A stretch of 64,000 nucleotides of DNA, taken from Phoronis australis. Lineage: Eukaryota > Animalia > Phoronida. The stretch lies in assembly GCA_002633005.1 (NCBI GenBank), contig NMRA01000828.1, positions 1 through 64,000 on the forward strand, read 5' to 3'. Positions 48,733 through 60,279 of this stretch are shown piece by piece (within the stretch, counting starts at the first letter, position 1; each line of letters opens with the position of its first letter). The notes beneath the pieces are model-generated. The model searched no databases, had not been told where the DNA came from, and saw only the letters and a list, made by a program, of their open reading frames with translations. Position numbers and translations under genes: made by a program.

Positions 48733-51700
48733 TCATATAACAGTCCTTAACAGCTCTTCCAATTCTTCTATTTCATCTCGAATCTCTTTTTCCGTTTCCA
48801 GTTTCTTTAACTGAAAGTCAAAAGAGAAGTTTAAGTTGTTGTTGTATCTCTCTAAATTTTTTTGTAATATTTAAAATGAGGTTGGTCTTGTCAGTGTCGG
48901 CACTACTTTCCAAGAAGGCTCTCAAAATAAATAAGTAAGTGGTCTTGTTCCAAATGCCTTATTATTCAATAATTATTCTGAGCCAACTTCAAAGTTACTG
49001 CAATCTGTGTTTTTTACCCAAGGTCTAATCTCAGTACTCAAGATGGAGTGTTTCCATTAACCTTTCAAATTTGCTAGAAAGATCCCGAGTTCACTTGCCA
49101 AATTCTCAATTTTGCATGTTTTTCACAATCTTAGTACATTTTTGTTAATACGAAATGTGTTCTTTGGAATGTAATAACATGGAGTGCAGGTTGTCTCATA
49201 CACCTAATTGTTCCTGCACAACCATTTGGCCACTCTTTGTAATACAATGACTTGATGGCACATTCGTTAAAGGAAAATAGCTTAGTGAGTATGGGAAACT
49301 TTAAAAATAATACCTTAGCGAATTAAAAGTGATGCGGATGGGTGTTTCTTGTTCTTTAAACAGTAAGGTGCAGGTTTCAAAAAAACTCAATCACAGACAA
49401 GAATATGCTATTTTTTGGCCTAATCAGATTTTTATCGCACTTTAAGTCTGCAGAATTAGATTGCCGACTTTAAAGGACATTTTGTCACCTTTTAAAATTG
49501 ACCACTTACTGGTACCAAGACCTAAAGTGACCAGACAGAAGCTGGAAATGATACATCACTAACAGTGAGCAAAGTGCTTCAGGTTGGTAAAAGAGAGATC
49601 AAAATAGTAATTAAAGTATCTGTACAAAGGCTCAAGAATAGCGAATAAAAAACTGGTGCAAAACCTTTATCATGTAAACCTATTGAGTGAATCGCACAGC
49701 AACAGAATTACCAGATTAGTGGTGAAATGGGAGAGTAACATCGCAACAGATAATGTGGGACTGCACACTACACTTATAAGCCCGTAGAGGAGAGTCATTC
49801 TAACTTTCATTGAAAACATCTCGTGTCCAATCACAACACTGTAAATTTAAAGCATCTTTTTACAAAGTCAAAAATGTTCCTCTCTGGCACACACTGCCTA
49901 GTGCACAGAAGTACCTTCTAGAACGGGCAGATGGCGCTATGAGACACAGGTGCCATGTGATCAGCCCCAAATGTTTCCTGAAAGTCTGCAACTGGCAACT
50001 AACATTTCATTGGTTTACCATGGAGTAGACACAACTGGTAAAAACAATTTACCTGATTTTGTTCCAGTTTTTCGCCTTTACGCTGTTTATCCTTCAATGT
50101 TTCCACTTGGTCTAATTTTTTCCTGAGCGTCTTTAGCCTACGTTCTCCAGTTGTTAGGGAGCCAGTACTAGCAGTCTCAACAGGGAACTTTTCCTGTTCG
50201 TCTGCTTGTGCCGTTGCTATAGGTAACTGCCTGATTATTTCATTGTACTCCTCCTCCGGAATGTCAGTCCTTGCAAAAGTAAAATATCACATTTTAGATA
50301 AATAAGAAATGGACGCAGTAACAAGAGCAACGTGAAGCGTTGATATGCACCCACTGCATGCATTGCATATGACGCAGACACAAGGGGATGATTACTATAA
50401 TTTCAAACAATCAAATTAAACGGAGCAATGCTACTAAACCTAAATTAGCCTGTAGGGGGTGCGTTGGATGTCATCAATGTTTTCCTAAATAGGAACACAC
50501 CTGCCAAAATCCTAAAACAAAAATTAAAACTGGCACTAGGGGCCACAGATATATCCAAAAGTTGTCATACGTTTTCAGTCACATTCACGGAAATTGACTT
50601 GATATATAAAATTTCAGGGGCTTACCAAGAGAAAGAGCTGTCAGAGAACTGACACAAGGGGGCTCCACATTAGTCAAAATTGTCCAAAATTCATTGCCAG
50701 TCATGCTCATTCTGGTAAGAACACAGTCATATATCAATTTTCACGATTCTTAGAGTGGTTTGGTTGATAGAGAAATGGATGCCGACAACAGACTAGAAAA
50801 AAAATAAGGCCACTAGGAGGTGTACCAAACGTCAAATCCATTTGAACGAAGCGTCATCACCTCCTTTAACACACTTGTTTGCCAAATTTGATAAAAATAT
50901 GTAATGGAGCTTCAAAGATACAAAGGAAAATGAAAAAAATGCAACTAAGGACACAGCAGTTGTCGGATTTGTCTTTAAGTCGATGTCATCCATTGACAAC
51001 AAACCAAATTTAATAGATGTTGCAGAGAGTTCAGGAGAAATAACCATAGTAAAAAACATAACTGCCACAAGGGGGTGCCATAGTAGTCGGCGCAGTAAAA
51101 ATGGCCACAAGGAGGTATAAAATACCTTGAATACATCTGAAAACAGGAACGTGACGTCATCTCACTAATAGATACCTATTTGCCAAATTTTATGAAAATC
51201 CATTAAGGAACTCCGAAGATGCAGACTCTGACGGAAAAAAGAAAAATTGTCACTTGGAGGCACACTAGTAGTTGGATCCGCCTGAAAATTTGCTCGTGCC
51301 ATCGCATCTTTTAAAGGAGAATATGTGTGAACTTTCATGAACATTACATTCAATGGTTTTGGAGATATAGCAGCCAGACAGGGATGACAGCATAATGCAT
51401 TTAAAATTATAGTGCATGTTGATGCACTATTTTTTTCGTAGTGCGTAAGGTTACGTCATACTACGTGTGTCAATTGGTTAAAGCTTCTTATATAACCGAC
51501 TTTCCGGTACTATCTGGCCTTCTTGACATAAACCGCTACACTGGTAACGCGTGCAACGCTAACGATGTTTTTATGGAGCCTAGAGCCTATATCATTGTAA
51601 GTTTATACTATTTTTTTCGCATATTACCGTAGAATTCACTGGCTGTTTCTCGTATTGTGTAAGACTGTTTAATTAGCCCATGCTGTATTACGTGGAATAT

Positions 51701-54700
51701 ATTGTATTGTAACGTGAACGCTGTATTTCCCAAGACTTATCATTCGTTATATTTGTTTCAGTGAAACCGGCCTTGTCGGACAGTAAGCATAACGTCAACC
51801 TTGTTGAGAATAAACGTATCATATCCGACTATCCCGTGTGTTCAATGCCCATGGCTCCTACAGTGCATAAAAATTAACGAATTGGCTTAATTCATTATAC
51901 TGACAAGTTTTTAAAAAACAAATGTGCAAGCAATAATTTGCATTTATAAGTATAATCACGTCGTGCAGTTCAAAAGGAACTCATATTGAAGGTACCGGGT
52001 GTGTATTCAAGGGATCGCCGGCTGTGCTTGTAAGTGATGCAGAGGCAAGTGGTCATGCATTTTCCAGGAAAAATGAATTACATAACATGGGTATACATAT
52101 GTGAATATATGATAAGGGTAACAGCAATTACATTCCTTGATTTACACCCGGCAAGCTACCTAGGATAGGGACTGAAAGTGAGACCTCACTCAGCTACTGG
52201 GGGCAATCTAAGAGATTCCACCATTTTGGTAGCAACTCTTGTCACTCCTCTATAGAAAATTACATTAGGTCAAAAGCTGTTAAACACTTGTTCTATAACA
52301 CAGTGGTAATCTGTATGGTTTACAGGTGGTGTGGCATGAGCTTCAGATTTTAAAAAGTCGCTTTTAATGAATTTTCTGGTTTGAACAAATGCTAGCACAA
52401 GAGAAAAGGCCACTGCCATATTGTTAGTCTCCAAATAGGAGTAGGTGCTATATGGGTGTGATATAGTCCCTTTCCGTCCCTACTGTTAATTGAAGTTTTT
52501 AAATATTATTATTAGGCTTCCATAGTTTTAGAAATAAAGAAGTTTTAGGCCCATCTGATGAATGAGCAGAAATTTTCTGCCCGGAGTGTCTGTGAAATAA
52601 TTGTACTTTGAAATTGGTAGATAAGAATAAGGTAGACCCATGAGTATTCTGGCTACAATTCAACAATGGCAATGGTCATTTGAAAAGAACAAGGGAATGC
52701 CTTTAGCTAAAACCGTCTAATTAATACCTGACTCCAGCTACCAAGTCATTCAGAACCCACAGTTGATCTCTTAACTTCCCCGCTCTAGCATGGTCCTGGA
52801 TTGAGCATGAAAATAAGAATGGACATGGTACAGACTTGCATGCCGACAATTCATGAAATCAGAGTTCAAAGTTTGTAGAGAAAATCATGGGCCTAGAGTC
52901 CCACCAAGATAAGAACGTGTGATGTGCAAGTAAAATGTGGGAAGCATCGACTCCACCCACTCCATACCCGACGACTCCACCCACTCCATACCCGACGACT
53001 CCACCCACTCCATACCGACGACTCCACCCACTCCATACCCGACGACTCCACCCACTCCATACCCGAAGCATTTGAGCAATCAACGAGTACAACAAGAATT
53101 GGTATTCAGATAATATGCATATTTAACGAGGTAATTCAAAGCAGCTTGTTGGTCATTGGTGCATAAAACTTTTCACTGACGCATTATGGTCGTTTAGAGG
53201 CGCCTTCTTAACATCATACTTCAGAAGCTGCTGATTGGAATGAAATAAAATTTTCAGATATAATGCTTTTTGCACTGTTCTCAAAAAAAATATCAGGAAT
53301 TCCAACCAAACGATTTTCCTTATTCTACTCTATTTGCTTAATAATTGGTGGGTATCCCCATTTTTCAGCTACATTTCCATCAAACACATCTATTAGTCAA
53401 GTATCTCCATGGTTACCTTAGCCTGCTTTGCCAACTCAAATTCTTCTTTCAAAAGAGGTAGAATGTCAGCTGCCCCTAACTGCATGGCTCCGCCCTTCTC
53501 TGTATCTGTTGTTTTATTTTTTGCTCTCTTCTTCTTGTTCTTTTTGGCAGCCTTACTTGGCTCTACACAAAATATGAAAATCTGACATTATGAACATATT
53601 CTGCAGCTGTACAGTATTTCAGAAAGTCTGTCTTATTTAATAATGAGACAACGATATTCCACTAACCATGCCAGAGTTAGGAGAATTTGGGACGTACACA
53701 GAGTCAGAATTAATAAGCAGTGACTTTCAGCGATTTGCAGAACGTATTCAAACGGTCTCTGGCATACAGTGCATACCGTCTGAACTGGAACAGCAAAGCT
53801 GGTTCAAACAGTGACCATGTCATATAGGTTACCAGTATGCTTGAAGTCCCTGCCAAATTGTGATTCATGAAGCAAAAGCACCTTTAAAGCATAGAAGGAC
53901 ACCTTTGGAGGCTGTTGATGTCTTTAAAGGAGAATGCAACCCGATTTAATTAGTCTTTTTTACTGTCTTAATCAGTATATATCCACACCACCTCGTATAC
54001 GGTCGATCTTACCTCGCCGAGAGGTGTCGCGTTAACCTGTGAGGATGGTGAGAAACGACGCAGCCATGTCAGTGGTTCTTCGGCAGAGTGAGTGCCGCTG
54101 CAGTGAGGTGTATTGTTCCCGCTTGTGCAAACTATGAAGCTGCGAAAAAAGCCGGTATATCATTTTCTCCAATTTCCTCGAAAGCTCATAATGCTTCGGA
54201 AGTGGCTTGCGGTAATGAAGAATGAAAATTAATACCAAGTATGAGGCTGTGAAACTTCTCCGTGTCTGTCAGTGGCCTGCATTTCGTCTGATCGGTTGTT
54301 ACCTGGCAGAATTCTTCGAATTCCGACAAGAATGTTGCTGTCATCAAGTTTTTTTTTGTTCGCACTCTACAGGTCGCAATTTTCATCCGACTCGCCCGAA
54401 ATTTTCACATAATGTGTAGATTTGGAAGTCCTGGAAGCCTATTGTTTTTGGTCATGATCAGATTCAAAATGGCGGACGTGGCGGCCATTTTGTTTATGGT
54501 TTCAGATTCCAATGCTCATAGAGGACGCATTTTTCAACGTACAGAGCTGAAACTTGGGACGATTATTACAGAACACAAGTACTACAACTGCGCGGTAAAT
54601 CGTTAAATTACGGTCAAAGATGACGGAAATATTGGCCATGGCGCATGCACACCTCAATATCTGGCCGAAAACGTTTTCTCCTGTAGAGGGCGCATTGGTG

Positions 54701-57700
54701 AACCAATCGTTTTCAATTTCGTCACCCGTTTGTTTCGTTTGATTGGCTATTACAAGTTTGTTTAACTGGAAGTCACTTTCAATATGGTTGCTCTGGTGCA
54801 TTTTCATCCATTTTCGATCGTTCTGCAGTCGCATTTTTAACGGGAAGAGCAAATGACATGAATCTTTGCATGTAGATTCCTTGAAGTATGCTCTTTCAAA
54901 AGTTTTGCGATAACGTTTTTCTCAGACTTGCCGTTTTTGAGTTATTTGACGTTTATTTTCAAAAAAATGCAAAATTTGAAATTTTTCAAAACATTTTACG
55001 AATTTTTTAAAACTATGTCAGGAGATAGACTTTTGAATGTGCTTTCGAAAGATGTTTTTTATTTTTCTCTAGGACGTTTACTTTTTGAGTTATTTGAAAT
55101 TTACTGAAAACGCTGTTACTTTGTTGACGGGCCTTGCTGTGCACTGATGTTGGTTTAGCTTCTATTGAACATGACATTGCCTACTTCTTACTGATTTCTG
55201 ACATCTTCGCTAGTCATATGAATGCTATCGTGCTGTTCATAATCGCTGCCTTCATCGTCATGATCGTTGTCGTCGTCCTCCTCCTCCCCACCGTCATCTT
55301 TTCGATTAATTTCGCCAAGTGTCGCTCCTCCGAGCGCTCTCGCACTGTTGTTACTTTACCGGCTATTGAACAAAACTGCAGCCTATTTCTTACTAGTGAT
55401 TTCTTCGCTAGTCACATGTAAATGTTATCATGTTGTTCATAATTGCCGCCTTCATAGTCATGATCGTCGTCATTCTCCCCATCGTCGTCATTTTCCCCAT
55501 CGTCGTCTTTTCGGTTAATTTCGCCAAGTATTGCTCCTCTGAGTGCTCTCGTTGATTAGTTTTTGATTAGGGAGAATTGTACCTGGCCATGAAAACAAAC
55601 AATTACAATTAATTCAAGGCATGAGAACTTAACATTTTATATAACCTGTTTGATGACTGACTTGTGCGTGTTGCTTCTGTTTGGTCCTCTGGGTGTAGGA
55701 TGTTTTCCCCAGTTCTTTTTCTCAGCCCTAAAAAAAACATCCTAAACACAGCTCTGTTTAAATGCGGTGCAAAATCAGGATGGTCCATGAGACATATCTG
55801 CGGTTCTCCAAGAAAGCGTTTCACTTGCGGAATTTCGAGGCAGCAAACGCAAGCGTCCATTGTTTCCATTATCGTGTAGTTAGCTCACCGACACCATGAC
55901 AAGTCATTCAAACGGTTTTCGGACCTATCCATATGTTCTATTGTCTATGCACGTTCACGGAGCCTCTCTATTATTTCTTGATCAGTGTATTTTGAATTGA
56001 ACTGATAGCCGGTAAAACCTAACAATCGACCTCTGAAGTCTTTGTCGCATAAGTACTCGTCTAAGTCAGGATTGCGAGTTGCCACGTTGTCGTTAATTAT
56101 TGTGTGTTCTGTTGCAAAATGAATTATTCTTATAGAAAACTGAAACAAAGTCTTCTCATTAGATAAAATTTGTAATGCCTTGGAGTGTTCAGAAATGCAA
56201 ATGGTTTGAGAAGCCTGCACTGAATAAATCACTGCGTTACCGGCTTTAGAAGCAATAAAATAATTGACTGGGTACCGAGGTTGTGTGAGCGCATGCTAAT
56301 TTAGTGTTTGGTGACAGAAAGCTATAGTGAAACAATGATTCGATTTTATATCCTACGGTCAGATGTTAGGGGAATCTTTATTCAGATTTCGTATACATTG
56401 TACAAATCAATGTTAGTGTATAACTTTTGCCTTGACGGTTCTGTGGAAGGGTCGGTAACCTGACTTCGCGGCCCCTGATGACCTGGAAAGTACATTTTGC
56501 AGTTTCGGGCTAATTCACCAAAATAATCATGTGCAAATTTTTCTTTGGCTCACTAGTATAGTCTTTTCGTGACGGGAAGTTTAGTTTCCAACTTTGGCTG
56601 GTTTATGTTCGTGATGTCTTCAGTCCGGCTGCGATGGGCCTGATCGGGTTCCGAGCCACTGGCCGAGATAGCAAGCGTTTTGTGTGTTTAGAACTGAAAA
56701 AATTGCAAGTCTAAAATTACAACACACAGCTATGTTCTCCTCCTGTCTGTATTTCACGGACGAATAATTTGAATTTATCACTGAACAGACCCCAAACTCC
56801 CGCGATCGACCTTGGTACATTGGTCAAAGTACTGAACTTTGTAAGCTAGGTACGTTCCAATACCTAAAAATCCGCAACACCGAAATGAAATAACACGTTT
56901 GTCCAATAACTCGATGTATTTGTAAGGGTCTTACATCGAATTTTGATGATTTATTGGTGTAAAATGATGAATTCAAGCAATAAGCTGACACCAGTAAGCG
57001 TGTAGTGAACTGCTGAACAGACTGCATTCGAACCTCTGATGTCATTGGTTAATTTCAAAACCTCCATCTGCCATCAGGTAAAAGAGTTCTACTTGCTGTT
57101 ATCGAGTGGAACTACTTGATCTAAATTGATACAAACTAGGTTGTTTTTTGGATGGCATTCTCCTTTAAATCCTCGATCGTTTGTTGTTGATATGAGTACG
57201 TCAGGGGATATTACGTCAAACCACCTGCTGCGCGCAGTGTTAAAAATAACCAGTTACTGCTTTAGGGAAATGAACGAAGGACTGCTCAAAGAAAAAGTTT
57301 GATAACGGAAGTATTTGTTTGAGTTGGAATGAATTAAAGGCATAGACGGCCTCCTAGCTCACTCTTTGCACATAACACAACGTGTTGTTTTAGTCGATGT
57401 GAGGCATAATTTGCCGAAAAGCTTCTGGCGTATGAACCACCTATTACGGGTGCTACACCGCCTCTACCGATCGAGCTAGAGACGGTGGTGACTGTCTATC
57501 ACTACTACACTACCACTCCACTACCAGTAGGCCTACATTACGCTACGGATAATTATCATGGCATAAAAATGGTTCTTCATTCAACGCCACCGAGTTCCTC
57601 GGTTAGTTTACGTCATTCACCAAATCCAAAAACAATAAATCAGTCAAGGCTACATAAAAAATAGCAGACCTCAATATTTCGATACGATATTTCACATATC

Positions 57701-57774
57701 AGAAGATCTTAAAGACAGACAGCTCACAAATGTTATGAAAACACATTTTCTTCTCATCTCTTACCGTCGTCCAT
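48733..57774 (-). CDS. Uncharacterised protein of about 192 aa with an eIF2A/PYM1-type C-terminal module (gene A). Exons 57765-57774, 53417-53562, 52728-52795, 52190-52249 (possibly optional), 50053-50269, 48733-48810
   Basis: All junctions are GT-AG with matching phases (1,0,2,2,0). Translation: MDDEPSKAAKKNKKKRAKNK...LKEEFELAKQAKDHARAGKLRDQLW...ERRLKTLRKKLDQVETLKDKQRKGEKLEQNQLKKLETEKEIRDEIEELEELLRTVI*. This resembles the eIF2A tail (KKIKNLKKKLKAIEQLK...GKQLEKNQLEKI...ELEDLEL, from memory). Confidence 0.82.
50320..51873 (-). mobile_element. HINE/DINE-1-like element in an intron of gene A, interrupted near its 5' end
   Basis: On the minus strand: 5' TTTTTATGCAC; 3' subterminal inverted motif GTGGGTGCATA, hairpin CAACG..CGTTG and CTTGTT end. 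Internal similarity to 11396-12812. Confidence 0.65.
51445..51862 (+). mobile_element. Solo-LTR-like insertion
   Basis: GTGC direct repeats flank it (51441-51444, 51863-51866). It ends CCTACA, has AATAAA about 50 bp before the end and a TATATAA motif near the start. The 5' end lacks the canonical TG. Confidence 0.55.
52948..53064. repeat. 24-bp minisatellite (CGACTCCACCCACTCCATACCCGA), about 5 copies
   Basis: Read directly. Confidence 0.92.
53928..57164. mobile_element. Second Kolobok copy of the same family, opposite orientation, in intron 1 of gene A
   Basis: TTAA flanks (53924-53927, 57165-57168) and the same TIRs. Decayed THAP at about 54106-54330 (+). KolX/P2X7-C-terminal-like Cys-rich remnant (WC..METMDACVCCLEIP..CLMDHPDF) at about 55600-56080 (-). 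Unrelated inserted sequence at about 54350-55550. Confidence 0.85.
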
Positions 57775-58215
57775 TGTAGTAAACAACGACACCTGTTGCC
57801 ATTTCGTGAGGACATGTACTGGGTGTGTCAAAACCCGGCAATGAGATAAATATACGTAGTGTATAGCTCATTGGTCAAAACCATGTCTCTGTATCTGTCG
57901 ATGTGCGTAACATCAACGGTATCAGATGAGTTGCACTGTTTGTACGTAACCACAGATACCGTCTATAATACGTGACATATAGTGACATCAGGGCTGAGTT
58001 GCATAAAGCTTCAAAAGTTATCCGCTGACGTCACTGATGAGGTGCATTGCAACAACAACAACGTGGCGCGTGATAATGCGACGCCATTGTTGGTATACGG
58101 CGTATAACTTTTATGCAACTGGTCCCAGCACTGCCTAAACTGGCAAACTTTTTGTTTGCAATCTCGACGAGGCTTGATCCAGTTTGCAAACAAAAGTGCA
58201 TGTAGACAAGGATGT

Positions 58216-58228
58216 GTTGCTAGGCAAC
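58216..58228. promoter_or_regulatory. RFX X-box-like motif upstream of gene A
   Basis: GTTGCTAGGCAAC, a near-palindromic match to the RFX consensus, about 440 bp upstream of the ATG at 57774. Confidence 0.45.
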
Positions 58229-59044
58229 GGAGCGGATTCAGCCGACAACTAAACAAACTTGAGTAGGGTTTGTTTGAAGAAGCTTCAATTGACTTTACAA
58301 GGCTTGACTGCCGAAATCACCAAAAAATATCAGCAAACTTTGAGTATGGTCGTGTTTACGAACAAACGTTGCTTGTTGCAGACTCGGAGTTTGCCCGGTA
58401 ACCCCGCTTCTCTTATAGATCGCGCTTTCCGAAGTCAAATTAAGTAACTCGACTCAATACTCGAACCCGGGGTGTATTTTTGTTGAAGCGCATTTAGTCT
58501 TTTGTAAATGTCGCGGTGGTTTATACCGCTCATAATTTCTTTCTTTATTTTAGTGCTGTGTTTGTCTTTTTCAAGCTGATTTATTCCTGTAATTTTCTCA
58601 AGTTCATTGATAACGAGTGCTTGTCCCTTTGATCATCTTTATACCAGTTTACATTGTCGGCAAACTGAAGGAAATGTTTTTACTAAATCTTTCTCATGAT
58701 TCTTGAGGTAAATTTTCATGTATCGTTATCCAATCTACTTCTGGTTTAGTATTTTCGGTCAGTACATATGTCACATAATAAAAGAAGCAATTAACCTGCA
58801 GTTTAAAACCATGACCACCTAATTTAGCTGAGTATTCAAACAAGTGCATAGTTGTACACATAGTTTCAAAAACATTGGTAATGCATGGGCAGTGCAGCAC
58901 TGAAAAAAGTGGGAGGCTTAGCCCCCTCAGCCCCGGCCCCCCTGCCGGGCGTGGTGCATCACCTATACAGACCACGTGCGTGTAGCACTGAAAAAAGTGG
59001 GGGCTAAAGCCCCCCAGCCCAATAAGGCGCGCCGCCCATGTTTA

Positions 59045-59933
59045 ATGCCACTCTATGGCAACAGTTTCAACTGTCTCGACACTCGCATTCATTATCACAG
59101 TCTCAGGCTTCGTGAGCACTCATTTTTTAGCATTGTAACGTTGCAGTACCTCCTCTGTCAAAGAACTTGTGTATTCGGAATACTTTTGCAAGCGCCAACA
59201 GCCAACTTCACAATGCAATGATCGAACATTTGGATGTTGAAGTTGCTAGTTACAGTTGAAAGATGCATTCTACTGCGAGTCAGTCGGTCGGATCATGTAG
59301 ATATGCGTTCCTTGTTTCCTAGCCTGACGTCATACGCTCACGTACAATATCTGCCGAAAGTGGCCTTAAGTCGAAAAATTTTTTCGATTCTTCTAGATCT
59401 CGTAACTAGCCCTGCTTGGCAGCCGGAAAACGCTTACTGTATATTTCAAACGAAGGTCTAAAGCAAGTTTGCATGCCCTGAAATTTGAGTGAGTTGTACC
59501 CGGACGTCCTTTTTGGAAAGTAGGTGTGTTTCACCAATTGAGAACCACAAAGTTTGTTTTGCATCGAAAATTCTACTCCCTAATGCAATATTACAACATT
59601 GTCGTCCAGCCACCGTTCAGTGGACGTCACCTGATTGCCGAGATACGCTAAATGAGCTCCCGTGCACACTCGTGAAAACTGGCCATTCAATTGCACGATT
59701 TTGCGTTGGCGAAAACTCTGTTTTTCCGATATATTCTTCTGTCTACAGAACGCACCAAGGACAAACTGCAGTTTATTCATTATCGTGCCAGCTCCGATAT
59801 GTGCCAGTTCAAGAAGCTGCACCCGATCGAGTGTCGAACTACAAATGACAAAGAAAATGCTGAAGATTAAAGGAATTAAAATGACAGCCAGTGCTTTCAT
59901 TAATCCATCAAATCTCCCATTTTTGCTTTGCAT
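59045..59933 (-). pseudogene. Possible decayed intronless ORF with an N-terminal transmembrane segment; family not recognised
   Basis: ORF 59580-59933 opens MQSK...ALAVILIPLIFSIFFVIC (type II membrane-like) and continues into coding-like sequence broken by stops. Confidence 0.25.
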
Positions 59934-60279
59934 AAACCCATAGACAAAATCTTGGGGAACATCTACATGTAGTTCTCTCTCTAGTCATAGTGTGAGCGAC
60001 AAGTTAGAAGCTAAAACTGCGGCTTAAAAAACGACTTAACCGCGAACTTTTATTTGTAAATGAATGGGCGGAAATTCTAATTACAGCAAGTCTGTCGAAC
60101 TGCAGGTTTTGGTGGTTAGTGACAATTTTGGTCAGTCACGGTGTGAAAAATGTGCTCGGCAGAATACATAAAATGGGCTAATCACAATCGTAAAAAATAT
60201 TCGAAAATTAAATCGCTGTTAGGTATTGTATTAAAGCATGACTACGTTGAACTCCCTTTTGTCGCATGTTTATGGTTTG

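Noticed and set aside
48733-57774. Calling gene A EIF2A or PYM1
   Set aside because: It lacks the WD40 propeller and the PYM N-terminal RPDGT Mago-binding motif; only the tail is similar.
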